The notes under the pieces were generated by a model. That model had not been told where the DNA came from, made no database searches, and saw only the letters and a program-made list of their open reading frames with translations. The position numbers and the translations under genes were made by a program. A stretch of DNA of 64,000 nt. Source: Eledone cirrhosa. Taxonomy: Eukaryota. Position 1 is the stretch's first letter; each line of letters starts with the position of its first letter. Shown here one piece after another: positions 24,003 to 35,515 of this stretch. The stretch lies in NCBI GenBank assembly GCA_964016885.1, contig OZ024744.1, positions 32,302,001 to 32,366,000 on the forward strand. Reading direction: 5' to 3'.

Positions 24003-27000
24003 CTATAGTCTGATGTAGAGTGAAGGCCCATTCACACGGGCCATTCTCGCCACTTTCACCCATCTTTCATAGAAACGGCTGGGGTGCAGCACCTCTCTCT
24101 CCATCCTGATCCTTCTTCCGAAATGATATCGGAAGAAACGGACCAGTTGTTGGCCAGAGAGAAAGGTGCCTGACCTCAGTCCATTCAGACGCGTCCACCA
24201 TACAACCTCTTTCGCCATGGCTATTACGCACAGAAACACCGCCTCTGCTTCATCTTTGAAGGGGGGAGGCGGCTTGATCATTACAATAGACTCGGTGGTC
24301 AACCGGATCGGTCCCACCCTTGACAGCAGTTGTTCGACATAGCCCCACAGATCGGCTACGCCCGAGCAGTGTACCAATGCGTGTGCAACGGTTTCCTCGT
24401 CGCACACGCATCTGGGACAGATCTTTTTGGCGGGGTCCCTACCCGGGCGCCCGTGTCTGTAGAGCCTTTCTCGAACGGGTAAAGCTCCTCGGTAGCACTG
24501 CCAGGCCAGGGACTTCTGGAAGTTGTCCATAGGTCCCGGGCTGAATGTCCTACCGAACAGGCCGGCCAGTTCGTCCTCCTCCATGTCTAGGGCTTCTCCG
24601 AGGGCGTCGTCGCACCTGCTGCGTACCAGCCCTCTATAGAATGTTGCGGTGGAGTCTCCACTGATAACCGGATCCGCCTGCCAGAGGGCGGTGAGCGCCT
24701 GGGCACACTCAGTGTGCTAGGCGCCCAGTTTTCTCGGTCTTTGCTTGACCCAGGATTGCAGCTCGGTGAGTGAGACGAGTCTGGGAAAGGTTCGTCTCAC
24801 AAACGAGGCCCACACCGGTTGTCCGGTGAGGAATACGTAGAGGTGCCGTAGCCTTAATGCGTGTTTACGCATCATTAGCCACGGCATCCCCGGCCCTCCT
24901 TTCGAAGGGTGTTGACAGCAGATGGATCTCCTCACCATAGGAGCCCGCCTCTTCCAAAGGAATTGGAAGAGCGCGCGCTCCATCTTGGTGAGGGTTTCCC
25001 TTGGGCAGGGCACTACGGTCAGGCGGTAGTAGATGACGGACGCTATGTAGGTGTTCGCCACCTCCGCCCGACCTTTCAGGGATAGTTTGCAACTGGCCCA
25101 CTTCTGGGTCAGTGCAAACACCCTGTACATAACCTCCGCCCAGTTTTTCTCCACCTGGAGGTCCGGTCCGAACCAGACCCCGAGCAACTTCACCGGGCCC
25201 TCCGTCCAGCGTCCGACGACGCCATCGGAGGGCATTGGTCTGCCCCTCCACGTGCCGAGTTGCAAACCGATCGACTTGTCCCGGTTCAGCTTAGCCCCTG
25301 TGAACTTTTCGTACTCCTCCAGTAAGGTGCCGACCGCCTCGGTTTCAGAGGCCGTCGACACCATTACTGTCACGTCATCGGCGTAGGCTGACACCGCTTA
25401 CCGCAATCTCAGTTCCAAAGGGATGCCCTGCAACAACTCCAACTTCCGCAGTAGTGGCTCGAGAGTCAACACATACAGAAGGGAGGAGAGAGGGCACCCT
25501 TGTCGGATGGACCGCGCGATTTTGAACGGCTCCGAGAGGTAGCCGTTCACCTTGACCCTAGAGCAGATGCGGCTGCTGTGCATAGCAGTGATCCAGCCCC
25601 TGAAAACGGGTCCGAAGCCTGCCGCCGCTAGCACCGCATCCAGGTAAACATGGTCGACCCTATCGAACGCCTTAGATTGATCCAAGTTGATCAGAGCCCC
25701 ACCAAAGCCGGGTTCGTTCCCAACCCTCTCTATGATGTATCGCATGAGGTGGAGGTTGTCATGGATGGACCTGGATGGGATAGCGCATGTCTGCGCATCT
25801 CCCACCAGGTTGCCCACGACAAGCGCCAACCTCTTTGCTAGCACCTTGGCCAAAATCTGTAACTCTGTATTTAGCAGAGTTATGGGCCTGAAGTTACTTA
25901 TTTCGTCCCCCTTGTTCTCGTCCTTCCTCACTAGCGTGACTACGCCCTTGGTCATAGTACAGGGAATTCTCCCGTTCTGTTGCCAGTTGCAGTAGACCGC
26001 CTCGAGGAGATCGGGGAACAAGTCCGGCATAGCTAGATATAATTCGTAAGGAAGACCATCGAGACCCGGGGATTTGCGTTTGCCGCATTGGCTCAGCACG
26101 TCCTCTATCTCAGCGGCCGAAATCGGCTCCTCGCAGGACTTCGCCTCCCTGTCCGAGAGGCGCGGCAGGCCGTCGAGGTATGGACCGAAGTCCACGTTCC
26201 CAACCGGCTCCCCGCCCCTCCCGAACAGTCGGGCAAAGTGCCTTTGAAAGGCCTCACACATCTGCTTAGGCTCAAGAATCGCCCGTCCATCCAGGTCTCG
26301 CAAAGACCGGATGGTGGATTTAGTTCCACTGTTGGCCTCTGTCACGCGGGCCCAGCTAACAGCTTTGGTCCCCTCGTTCCCTAGAGCACGTATTTTACTT
26401 CGGACAACGCAGCCTTCGTGCTTCGCGTCGAAAAACTGGCTCAAAGCCGTTCTCGACGCTAGCACTCTGGCCACGTCGCCGCTTCTAATTGCCTCTTCTA
26501 CTCTATCTATTAGCTCCCTTTCCTTCCTATTCCTATCCGCAGCTAGAACCTTACTAAATTCTATCGAGACTACTCTAATCTCTCTCTTTAGAGATATCCA
26601 CCACCTGCTGTTGACGATCGCTCCAGTCAACCGTTCCTTAACTAACGTACTAATCCGATTCCTGTAGGCTCTACTTGTCGGCAAGGACAAGTTGAGCTTC
26701 CAGTAACCGGGGCCCTGTCTATGAGTTCTGTGAAGGTTGACCATGCAGGTCACTAATTTGTGGTCTGAATAGCCAACCATGCGCATTTTTGGACAACTTA
26801 AAAAGTCCTTATCCTTAATTCTAACTAAGAACCTATCTAGGTACGACCTAGATGATCCGCTACGATTTGCCCAAGTCCAGGTTGGCGCAGTCGGAAAATC
26901 TAGTCGATATCTATCGGCTAGGTCAAATCGACCGATTAACCCTTTGAGGCTATTACACCCCTCTCTATCGGGGCAGGCCCCAACGTAGTCCCAGCGTGCA

Positions 27001-27440
27001 TCTAGGATACCATTCCAGTCCCCCACTAATAGCAAGGAGCGGGACGTCCCTAGAAAAGTCTCCAGACGATGGAAGAAGTCCGGCCGCATTGACCCGAAAG
27101 GGCCGTAGGCGGCTACCAACCTAAACGCTCCGCCTTTACCACTGCCAAGGTCCAGAACCACTAGTCGACCCTCCGGGTCCAAATGTACCATCTGTGTTGC
27201 GAGACCCAGATGTTTTTGCAGCAGAACGACAACTCCACCCCCACCTCCGGGCTGACAGAGAGATGCGTGCATCTCAAAGTCATCAAAGGTGGGGGCCAGC
27301 TGTCGCACGTTGCTGATCCGGGCCTCGCAAATAACCATCACATCTATACGTTGTGACCTGAGGTCATTTAGAAGCATTGCTTGCTTCCAAGTTGAGCCCA
27401 GGCCACGCGCATTTAAACAGCCTACTCTTAGCATAGCCAT
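24003..27440 (-). pseudogene. LINE ORF2 (~1145 aa APE-RT-zinc finger), copy D; only two in-frame nonsense codons (25398-25400, 24717-24719)
   Basis: ORFs 25398..27464, 24717..25394 and 24003..24584 share one frame; the stops fall where the other copies encode K and W. Confidence 0.92.
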
Positions 27441-27464
27441 GTTGGTGGTGAAGAGAAAAGGCAC

Positions 27465-29249
27465 TTACCTCTCTGCGTCCCGGGTATCGGGCTGCACAAT
27501 TTCCATTAGGGTGGGGGATGGGTTGTTGGGTGGGGTGGTGGTTTGTGGAAGTGTGGGGGCATCAGTGTGTTGTGTGGTTGGGGAGCTTGGAGTTGTGTGG
27601 GTGTTTGGGGAGGGAGTGGGATAGTTTTTTAGGAGGACGCGGTTAATGGGCCCGACGCAGGGGGGACCCACGTCCTCTTTAAAATTGTTTTTTAAAGTTT
27701 TATAGGTGTCCTGTGGGGCCTTAATCATTTTGAGGTGGGGGAAATCCCCTGCCTGGGTGAAGTTAGGCCCTTGTGTTTTTATTAGATTGTTGTTGTACAC
27801 AATGTTTAACAGTTTTTTGTTTCTTGTGTTTATGTATGTGTATGCATGTTTTTGTTTTTGTGTGGTGTTTTTTGTTTGCTGTTGTTGTGAGCTCTTTTGT
27901 GTTGGTGTCAGTGTTATGTTTTGGGGAGGGGTTTTTTTCATTTGTGTGTCTGAGGTGTGTTTTCTTTTTTTTCTTTTGATTGTGTGGAAGTGCTCCTCCT
28001 CGTCTGACGACGAACTAGGGTCATCTTCCGCGTTGGAGGGGAGGGGTATATTTTCGGGTTGTGTTTGCGGTACGGGTGTTTTGGAAATTGTTTTTGTTTT
28101 TTGAGTGGAGGGGTTGGGTTGGACATTGTTTTGTTTTGGTTTGAGCTGTGGTGGTTGTTTTTGTAGTGGTAGTTGTGGTGATTGTGTTGGTTGTGCAGTT
28201 GTTGGTGGTGTAGGCAGGATTGGGGTTTTCTTATTAAGTTGGGGACAGACAGCCCTCAGGTGACCTCTGGTTCCGCAGAGGTAACACGAGGGCCGTCTAC
28301 CCTCAACGGTAATGTTGATGAAGGTTAGATCACCCAGTATGACGCGTTCAGGGATCTGGGCGATGCTTTCGGGCCTCATTTGAACTACAAGTTCGAGGCT
28401 CGTTCCACTGAACGCGTCACCCGATGCCTTTCCCATGGACACCAGCATGTCATCCTCCAGGTCCAGAAAACCTGTCAAAACCCACCATATGTCCATAATC
28501 GGCAGGATGGTGTGGATTTTTATTTTTTGTGTTCTTCTACCCATGTACGTAGGGTAGAAGGTGTATGCGGTGGATGTGATTGGTTTGATGGACAGTTTCA
28601 CTGCTGTGTCCCTGTCCTTCATGAGAATGGATAGACTCCCGTAGAGTCTATCCTTCTGAATGAAGGTGATGTCCTTCATGACGTCTTTTAAAACCAGCTC
28701 TATCTCGCTCTGTGATGGTTGAGCTGGTTTTTTACTTTTGTTCGAGATTGTCCTAAACATGACCGTGTTTAGGAGTCTCTGGGTTTTTAGTTCCGGGGGG
28801 GGGGGGGAATGGATTGTGAATGAACCATTTTCTCCGTACACTATATATTTTTTCGCATCCGCCAGTAGCTCCTTCGCTTTTGTTATATCTACTGGCAGAT
28901 AGTCGAGGGTTTTCCTTGTCGTCTCGGCGAAGGAGAAATTTTGTTTGTTTGTGTTGTTGTTGTCGTTGGTGGTGTTGTTGTTGTCACCGTTATTGGTCTT
29001 GTTGTTGTTGTTATTGTTATTGTTATTGGTGTTGTTTTCGTCCGTCGCATTGTTGTTGTTGTTGCTGTTGCTGCTGGTTCTTTGGGTTGTTGCTATGGCA
29101 ACGTCAAGTTGTCGGTTAACAGATGGAGAGAATTCTTCCTCTGGCTGACCTTTCTTCTTGACCTCTGCTACTGTGACAGTGGCAGGGGAAAGCTGTAAGT
29201 TCATCTTCCCCTTTCCTCCTTCGAATTTTGGTGAAGAAGCTTCGGCCAT
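27465..29249 (-). CDS. LINE ORF1 protein, 594 aa (CCHC knuckle, Asn- and Pro/Thr/Gln-rich linkers, NLS-like KRKKRKH)
   Basis: Uninterrupted ATG-started ORF; CYLCGTRGHLRAVC; homologous to ORF1 of copies A-C. Confidence 0.9.
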   Translation of the reverse strand: MAEASSPKFEGGKGKMNLQLSPATVTVAEVKKKGQPEEEFSPSVNRQLDVAIATTQRTSSNSNNNNNATDENNTNNNNNNNNNKTNNGDNNNTTNDNNNTNKQNFSFAETTRKTLDYLPVDITKAKELLADAKKYIVYGENGSFTIHSPPPPELKTQRLLNTVMFRTISNKSKKPAQPSQSEIELVLKDVMKDITFIQKDRLYGSLSILMKDRDTAVKLSIKPITSTAYTFYPTYMGRRTQKIKIHTILPIMDIWWVLTGFLDLEDDMLVSMGKASGDAFSGTSLELVVQMRPESIAQIPERVILGDLTFINITVEGRRPSCYLCGTRGHLRAVCPQLNKKTPILPTPPTTAQPTQSPQLPLQKQPPQLKPKQNNVQPNPSTQKTKTISKTPVPQTQPENIPLPSNAEDDPSSSSDEEEHFHTIKRKKRKHTSDTQMKKTPPQNITLTPTQKSSQQQQTKNTTQKQKHAYTYINTRNKKLLNIVYNNNLIKTQGPNFTQAGDFPHLKMIKAPQDTYKTLKNNFKEDVGPPCVGPINRVLLKNYPTPSPNTHTTPSSPTTQHTDAPTLPQTTTPPNNPSPTLMEIVQPDTRDAER

Positions 29250-29465
29250 TTAAAAAAATATTGACTTTTCAACAAGAAAAAACTTTTTTTTTTGTTTAGC
29301 TATTTCGCCTAAAGGCGTAGAATATTTTGAGAGACTGACCAGATCAAAGTTTGACCTGGCAGTCCCTCTACAAAATGGTACAAAAATTAAAGTTATCAGA
29401 CAAGAATTTCTATAGAAATTTAAACAGAACTTACTCAGCAAGTTATACGCGTGTGTCCATCCCAG

Positions 29466-29473
29466 AGATAGAT

Positions 29474-29510
<37 letters not shown>
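29466..29510. repeat. (GATA)n microsatellite at the copy D 5' end
   Basis: Direct reading. Confidence 0.95.
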
Positions 29511-29548
29511 TGGGCGGCGGTATATATATATATATCTATAAATATACA

Positions 29549-29584
29549 GAGAGAGAGAGAGTGAGAGAGAGAGAGTGAGTGAGT

Positions 29585-29648
<64 letters not shown>
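29549..29648. repeat. (GA)n/(GAGT)n microsatellite
   Basis: Direct reading. Confidence 0.95.
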
Positions 29649-29651
<3 letters not shown>

Positions 29652-29897
29652 ACAAGACAAATCAAATGATATGGTTTGTAACGACTACTTTGATCATTGA
29701 AGTTTCATAGAAACCGGACCCCGAACTTTGATTTTCACAGATGTCCACCGCTCCACCCACCAGACACATTGAAAGAGAATTGTCGAAACAATTCCTATGA
29801 TATAAGTATTATGGTCGGTGTAGAAGCTGTGAAAATCTGATACGGACTGACGAATAGTGAAGAGAGTGACAGCAATAGATCAATCCCTGCCCCTCTT

Positions 29898-29899
<2 letters not shown>

Positions 29900-29967
<68 letters not shown>

Positions 29968-30099
29968 CCATATATATATATGTATGTATACTATGTATAT
30001 ATATGTGTATGTATACTATGTATATATATATATATACATATATATATATGTATACTATATATATATATGTGTATGTATACTATATATATATATATATAG

Positions 30100-30143
<44 letters not shown>

Positions 30144-30181
30144 CTATATATATATAGTATACATACATATATATATATAGT

Positions 30182-30244
<63 letters not shown>

Positions 30245-30282
30245 CTATATATATATAGTATACATACATATATATATATAGT

Positions 30283-30335
<53 letters not shown>

Positions 30336-30434
30336 TACGTATGTATACAATATATATATATACATATATATATGTAATCTATATATATATATGTATATAT
30401 ATATATGTATACTATATATGTATACATATATGGT

Positions 30435-30479
<45 letters not shown>

Positions 30480-30510
30480 AAAGTAGAAATAATTATATAT
30501 ATATATTACA
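29900..30510. repeat. Long interrupted (TA)n tract with recurring GTATAC motifs
   Basis: Direct reading. Confidence 0.92.
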
Positions 30511-31734
30511 ACTACATCTATCTTGTCTCATTTTTCTCTCTCATCTCTCTCATCTCTCACTCCCCCTCCTCCTCGCCCCCTCTCTCTCTGGTTTCAATAT
30601 CTATGACACGAATTCTCTTCTCCAGTTCTATATTTTTTTTTTTTTTTTTTTGTCAATTTCTTGTTTCTTTGATAGTAAAATCAGTCCTACACGCGTCGAA
30701 GTGTGTATAGGTTTGTTATCCGGGTATATGGTTGGGTTGTGGCCCCTATGAACTTATATAAGTGTAGGTGCGTCTGGAGAGAGAAAAAAATATTAAAAAA
30801 AATTACGGTTTTAAAATGTTATAGTTAAAAGTAAAACTAAACCCGAGAGAAACTTAATATAGAAATGATAAAAAGTATAACGATAGAGACCTACAGCTTT
30901 CACGAAATATATATGTAAGACAGCGAGAAGGATTCTTATATCGATGATGATAATGGACATGGTACTAATGAAACTCATTCTGGTGGTATTGGTATTGCTA
31001 CACATATACACACACACATACACACACAACGTACACACATATATACGTATATATATATATATATCCACATCTATATATATATATACATACATAGATACAT
31101 GCATATATATATATATATACATGTGTGTGTGTGTGAGTATACTAAACAAAGAAAGTGTGGTAAGGAACCAGGTGGACCATAACGCACCAGAGCACTCGAT
31201 ACTTAGGGTAGTAGAGTGGGTAATAGGAAAAGAGTCAGGACCCCGACTCTTTTGCTACATATATATATACTGGGATACATAACAGCATAGATGTGCTTCT
31301 TCGAGGTTGACGGTATGGAGTTACATAACTGTCAACGATAAGTCCATCGTAAAATAATGGAATAATCAACTATTCACCTTGTTTTTTTTCTTATTCTTTC
31401 ATGATTTAACATTATACATACATACATATATACTGTATCATATAAACGCATACACATATATATATATATAATATATGTGTATATATATTCCCAATGTCAC
31501 TGCCCCTCTCTGTTTCTCACCACCGTGTCGTACTAGAAAATATATACGTTTGTTGTGGCTTAAATACCATACAGTAAAGAGATTTCCAGGATCAATAAGA
31601 ATTGGTTCATATACCCGCCCCTCCTAAAAACCGCTCCTTTTTTTCCATAAAATATATCTATCTATGAAGTCATTCTCTTCGCATACAATTCTCATTTTCT
31701 TTTTGTACGCTGTATGACGTAAAGCATATGCGTC

Positions 31735-31890
31735 AAAATGGCAGATCGTTATAACGTCGGATAGAATGCTTTATGGTATTGGTTTCGGCTCTCTGCTCCC
31801 TGAGTTCAAATCCCACTGAGGTTATCATTGCCTTCAATCCATTCGAGGTCGATAAAAAAAAGTACCAGTCTAGAACTGGGGTCGATTCTT
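31735..31890 (+). mobile_element. tRNA-derived SINE family 2, degraded
   Basis: TGGCAGATCGTT (A-box-like), GAGTTCAAATCCC (B-box), GCCTTCAATCCATTCGAGGTCGATAAAAAAAGTACCAG. Confidence 0.75.
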
Positions 31891-32299
31891 CCTCTATGTC
31901 TCTTTCTCATTCTCTCTCTTTCACTTTCTGTCTTTCTCTGGGAGAAATCTGTTGTACTCAGGCCTGGAGGGGAGATGGGCTCCACCAAACTTAAAATGTC
32001 TAAGAAACGCCGTATGTCAATACGGCGCCCCTAGGACTCTATCGGGAGTTACGGGGTCATACATATGACGCAAAGCAGCGATTCATTTCAAAGAAACCGC
32101 TTAGCATCATGATCGGGTTTCGATTCGGTCATGCATGCATGTCTCCATGGTTAAGAAGTCCATTTCACAATCGAATGTGTTCTGGGTTTGATCTTACAGC
32201 CTTGTGCCGAAAAACAAGAACAAAAAATAAATACAAAAAATAAATAAATAAATAAATAAATAAAAAGAAACTAAAAAGAAAAAAAGAAGTGAAAAAATG

Positions 32300-32330
<31 letters not shown>

Positions 32331-32389
32331 ATATAAGCATTAAGTGAAAATTACTTCACAAAAACAGCAAGAAAGATTTTGAGGATGGG

Positions 32390-32886
32390 TTCGTCTTCAT
32401 TGTCATTGGGGCAGAATACTCAAACATTCTTCCAACGGATCCTGTCAGAAGCAACTGTCTCCAACTGACCCAACTGGATACCCAAGCGATACCCAAGTGT
32501 ATCCAACTATCTTGTTCGGGGTCCACCTCGGGTTCTCCTGTCGTTGGTTTTGCCTGTAAAATATGTCCAGCGATTCTTTACTGAGACATTCTAACCACAT
32601 GTCCACAGTATCAGAGCTGTGATCTCTCAATTCGGAGAAGTAGCAGCTCTACCTGGAGTGACTCTCTGATCTCCGAGCTACACACTTTATCGAGTAACGT
32701 TACTCCAAAGACCCTTCGAAGGAACCACATTTCGGCCGCTTGTATTCTTAATCGTATTCTTTCAGTCATTACCCAAGATTCATGATCATAGGCAAAGGTT
32801 GGCACAAAACGCGTATTGAAGATACCGAGTTTGGCTTTCATGCCTCCCTCCCTTTTTCTGATTACTGAATGCTGAAGTTGATTCAT
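32390..32886 (-). mobile_element. RTE-clade LINE 3' fragment containing one copy of the satellite monomer (32568-32632)
   Basis: Translation ...FVPTFAYDHESWVMTERIRLRIQAAEMWFLRRVFGVTLLDKVCSSEIRESLQVELLLLRIERSQL*YCGHVVRMSQ*RIAGHILQAKP, typical of the RTE post-RT region (AAEMxFLR; LRWxGHVxRM). Confidence 0.85.
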
Positions 32887-33159
32887 CAGTGGTAGATTTA
32901 ATCTGTCGACATGTTTAACCCCACCTCGAAGCCATTTTCTTGCAAGTAAGTGGTCAGGTTAACTTCATCCCAACCGCCACAAACGTCTTGCAAAAGGTCC
33001 TAGGCACTCTGGTTTATCTCTCCTAAGGAAGCCCCACACCCCACCCCTCAAAAAAGAAAGCAATGTTCATTCTAAATTATTTCCCCCCTCCCTTCATTGT
33101 TGGCCTTGTACCAAACGTAGAAACAATTATTTCTTTATATAGAGAGTAGTATATTTATC

Positions 33160-33300
33160 GGTCACCTTTGCCTTTCATCTTTCCGGGGTCAAAGAAATAA
33201 AACACCAGTTATGTACTGGGGTGGGTGTTGGGTCTTTTAATTGACTAACCATTCCTCCGAAAGTGTTGGCCTTGGAGCTATGTTAGAAAGAAAATCATAA
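33160..33300 (+). mobile_element. SINE family 2, 3' half
   Basis: TTTGCCTTTCATCTTTCCGGGGTCAAAGAAATAAAACACCAG...TTGGCCTTGG...TAGAAAG. Confidence 0.7.
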
Positions 33301-33439
33301 TATAATTCTTGGTGTATTTTGTCCATTCTTTGACGGTACGATTTAGTTACATACACACACATCTACACATAAATACGTAAACAGATACACAGACAACTGA
33401 AGTGCAAACATACACACATATATACACATGCACACGTTT

Positions 33440-33453
33440 CTGTGAGTGAGTGA

Positions 33454-33528
<75 letters not shown>
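33440..33528. repeat. (GAGT)n(GT)n microsatellite
   Basis: Direct reading. Confidence 0.95.
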
Positions 33529-33535
<7 letters not shown>

Positions 33536-33777
33536 TGATATACTCATACATATAAATGTATATATATACACATAGACACACAATTGTAATATGTATGTAT
33601 GTGTACAGAGAGGTGAGGAAATGAAGAAAGAACGGAGACATCATTGTAGAACTAAGGTAGACTAGGACAACAGGTAAGAAGAGATAATATACAGTTAGAC
33701 ATCTCTTAAATAGCTCCTCTTAATATTTCGTCTTTTGAATTTCCACGGGTCCCGCTAATGTTTATTATTATTATTAA

Positions 33778-34041
33778 GGCGGTGGATTGGCAGTATCGGT
33801 AGAGGGTCGGACGCCATGCTTTGACGCATAGTTACGGCCCTTGCCATTCAGAGTTCAAATCCCGCCAGGTTAACTTTGCCTTTCATCCTTACGGGGTCGA
33901 TAAAATAAAGTACCAGTAATACACTGGTTAATTTGCTGGCTTTGTGCCTAACGTAGAAACAATTATTATTATTAGGGTAATGGTTTGGCAGTATCGATAG
34001 AGGGTCGGATGCCATGCTTTGCAGCATAGAGTTACGGCCCT
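33778..34041 (+). mobile_element. tRNA-derived SINE family 2: near-complete copy (33778-33973) followed by a duplicated head (~33975-34041)
   Basis: TGGCAGTATCGGT (A-box), GAGTTCAAATCCC (B-box), GCCTTTCATCCTTACGGGGTCGATAAAATAAAGTACCAG; (ATT)n on both sides. Confidence 0.8.
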
Positions 34042-34051
34042 TTATGATCTG

Positions 34052-34300
34052 ACAGCAACAAGGACAACAACAGCAACATCAATAACATCGACAAAAACAA
34101 CATCAGCAACAACGATATCAACAATAACAACAACAACAACAACAACAAGGCCAACAACAGCAGCAACAAAAATAACAACAATCACATCAATAGCAACAAC
34201 AACATCAATAGCAACAACAACAACATCAATACCAACAACAAAAATAACAATAAAAATAACAACAACCACAACAACAACATTCACAACAACGATGACAATA
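34052..34300. repeat. Degenerate (AAC)n low-complexity tract
   Basis: Direct reading. Confidence 0.9.
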
Positions 34301-34479
34301 GCCAGTTTCCATAGGTAGATATTCTCTTACCTTTATCTAACTCATCTTAAGATGGCGAACAAAGGAAAGAAGCTTTAGATTTTTTAAAAAAAGGACAAAA
34401 ACAATATCTCTTAGCACCTTTTGCAATGAGAACAACAACAATAAAAGAAAATAGCAATGCGATGGTCAGTTTTCATATA

Positions 34480-34600
34480 CAGTGTACCCCCGGTATTTGC
34501 GGTCCCGGTTATTCACGGAATTTTCCTTAGAACCTAACTAATAATTGTTCGTGGAGACCACCTCATATTCGCGGAATCGTAAATATCTTGCGCGATTTTT
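34480..34600 (+). mobile_element. Possible pogo/Tigger (Tc1/mariner) terminal remnant
   Basis: TA|CAGTGTACCCCCGGTATTTGCGG with repeated TATTC(A/G)CGG subterminal motifs; partner TIR not found. Confidence 0.45.
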
Positions 34601-35261
34601 TTAATGTCATTTTTCGTGATATATATTTTTTAACGCTAAATTATTAATAACATAATTTGCTCTCATTCAACCCGTTTTCAGATGGCGAAGAAAAGGGAGA
34701 GGTTGTATCCTCGAAAAAGTCGGTCGACCGATCCTCAAGACCTGAAAAGTCGCTAGACCGAACGTCTCAGAGATGGTTAGTGAGAAATAAAAATGTCTGC
34801 CAACGGAAGAAGCGTATATAAAAAAAATTAAATATTCGTAAGAAGAAGAATGTGATGATGATGATGATGGTGATGATAATAGTGTTTATTTAAACTAAAG
34901 GAAAGACAGAAAGTCATTATAACGGATGTTAGGAGGTTTAAAGGAAGGCACTCCTCTAAACGACGCTCACTGATAGACTTCTGGTGAACACATCAGAAAG
35001 TCTATAAAGGTCTTACCCGGACCTGTATAATGTAAACACTTTGAAAGCTATACCAGATACTACCCCCTTTTTAATGCTTAAATAACTTCGAAAAATTTGA
35101 AAATATATTTGTTTTGAGAATGATGGAACTATAAATAATAATCCAAAATGTCAGACAGAAACAGCTGCAGGAATCGAACCATTTGCTTCCCACCAGCATT
35201 TGTGTTCACTTTTATTTTCCATCTCTAGAAGTACTTTCTTTAATTTATTGGGTAATTTGTT

Positions 35262-35515
35262 TTCCAATTCGGTTTTCGTGCCAACCCTTCCCTATAATCA
35301 TGACTCTTGTGTAATGAGCTAAAGAATACGGTTGAGAATACTAGGGACCGAAATGGGGTTCCTCCGAAGTGTCTTTGGAGTAACGTTACTCGATAAAGTG
35401 CGAAGCTCTGAGATCAGAGAGTCACTCCAGGTAGAGTTGTTACTTCACACAATTGAGAGATCACAGCTCTGATACTATGGAACATGTGGTTAGAATGTCT
35501 CAGGAAAGAATCTCT
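35262..35515 (+). mobile_element. RTE-clade LINE fragment running directly into the satellite
   Basis: Translation NSVFVPTLPYNHDSCVMS*RIRLRILGTEMGFLRSVFGVTLLDKVRSSEIRESLQVELLLHTIERSQL...; homologous to the inverted copy at 32390-32886. Confidence 0.88.

Larger units (their letters stand above)
23740..29465 (-). mobile_element. L1/Tx1-clade LINE, copy D (third subfamily, best preserved)
   Basis: Intact ORF1; ORF2 without frameshifts; 3' end joined to the copy C 5' end via AGATAGATA; 5' end abuts (GATA)n. Confidence 0.95.

Noticed and set aside
31295-31350. Hairpin GTTGACGGT...ACTGTCAAC flanked by CTTCGAG and GATA, hammerhead-like spacing
   Set aside because: Both catalytic boxes are non-consensus and no stem I was found.
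33778-33870. tRNA gene
   Set aside because: A/B boxes are present but there is no cloverleaf, and it continues into a SINE body seen several times in the window.
34019-34318. Thr-rich mucin-like ORF
   Set aside because: Translation of a degenerate (AAC)n tract that begins inside a SINE fragment.
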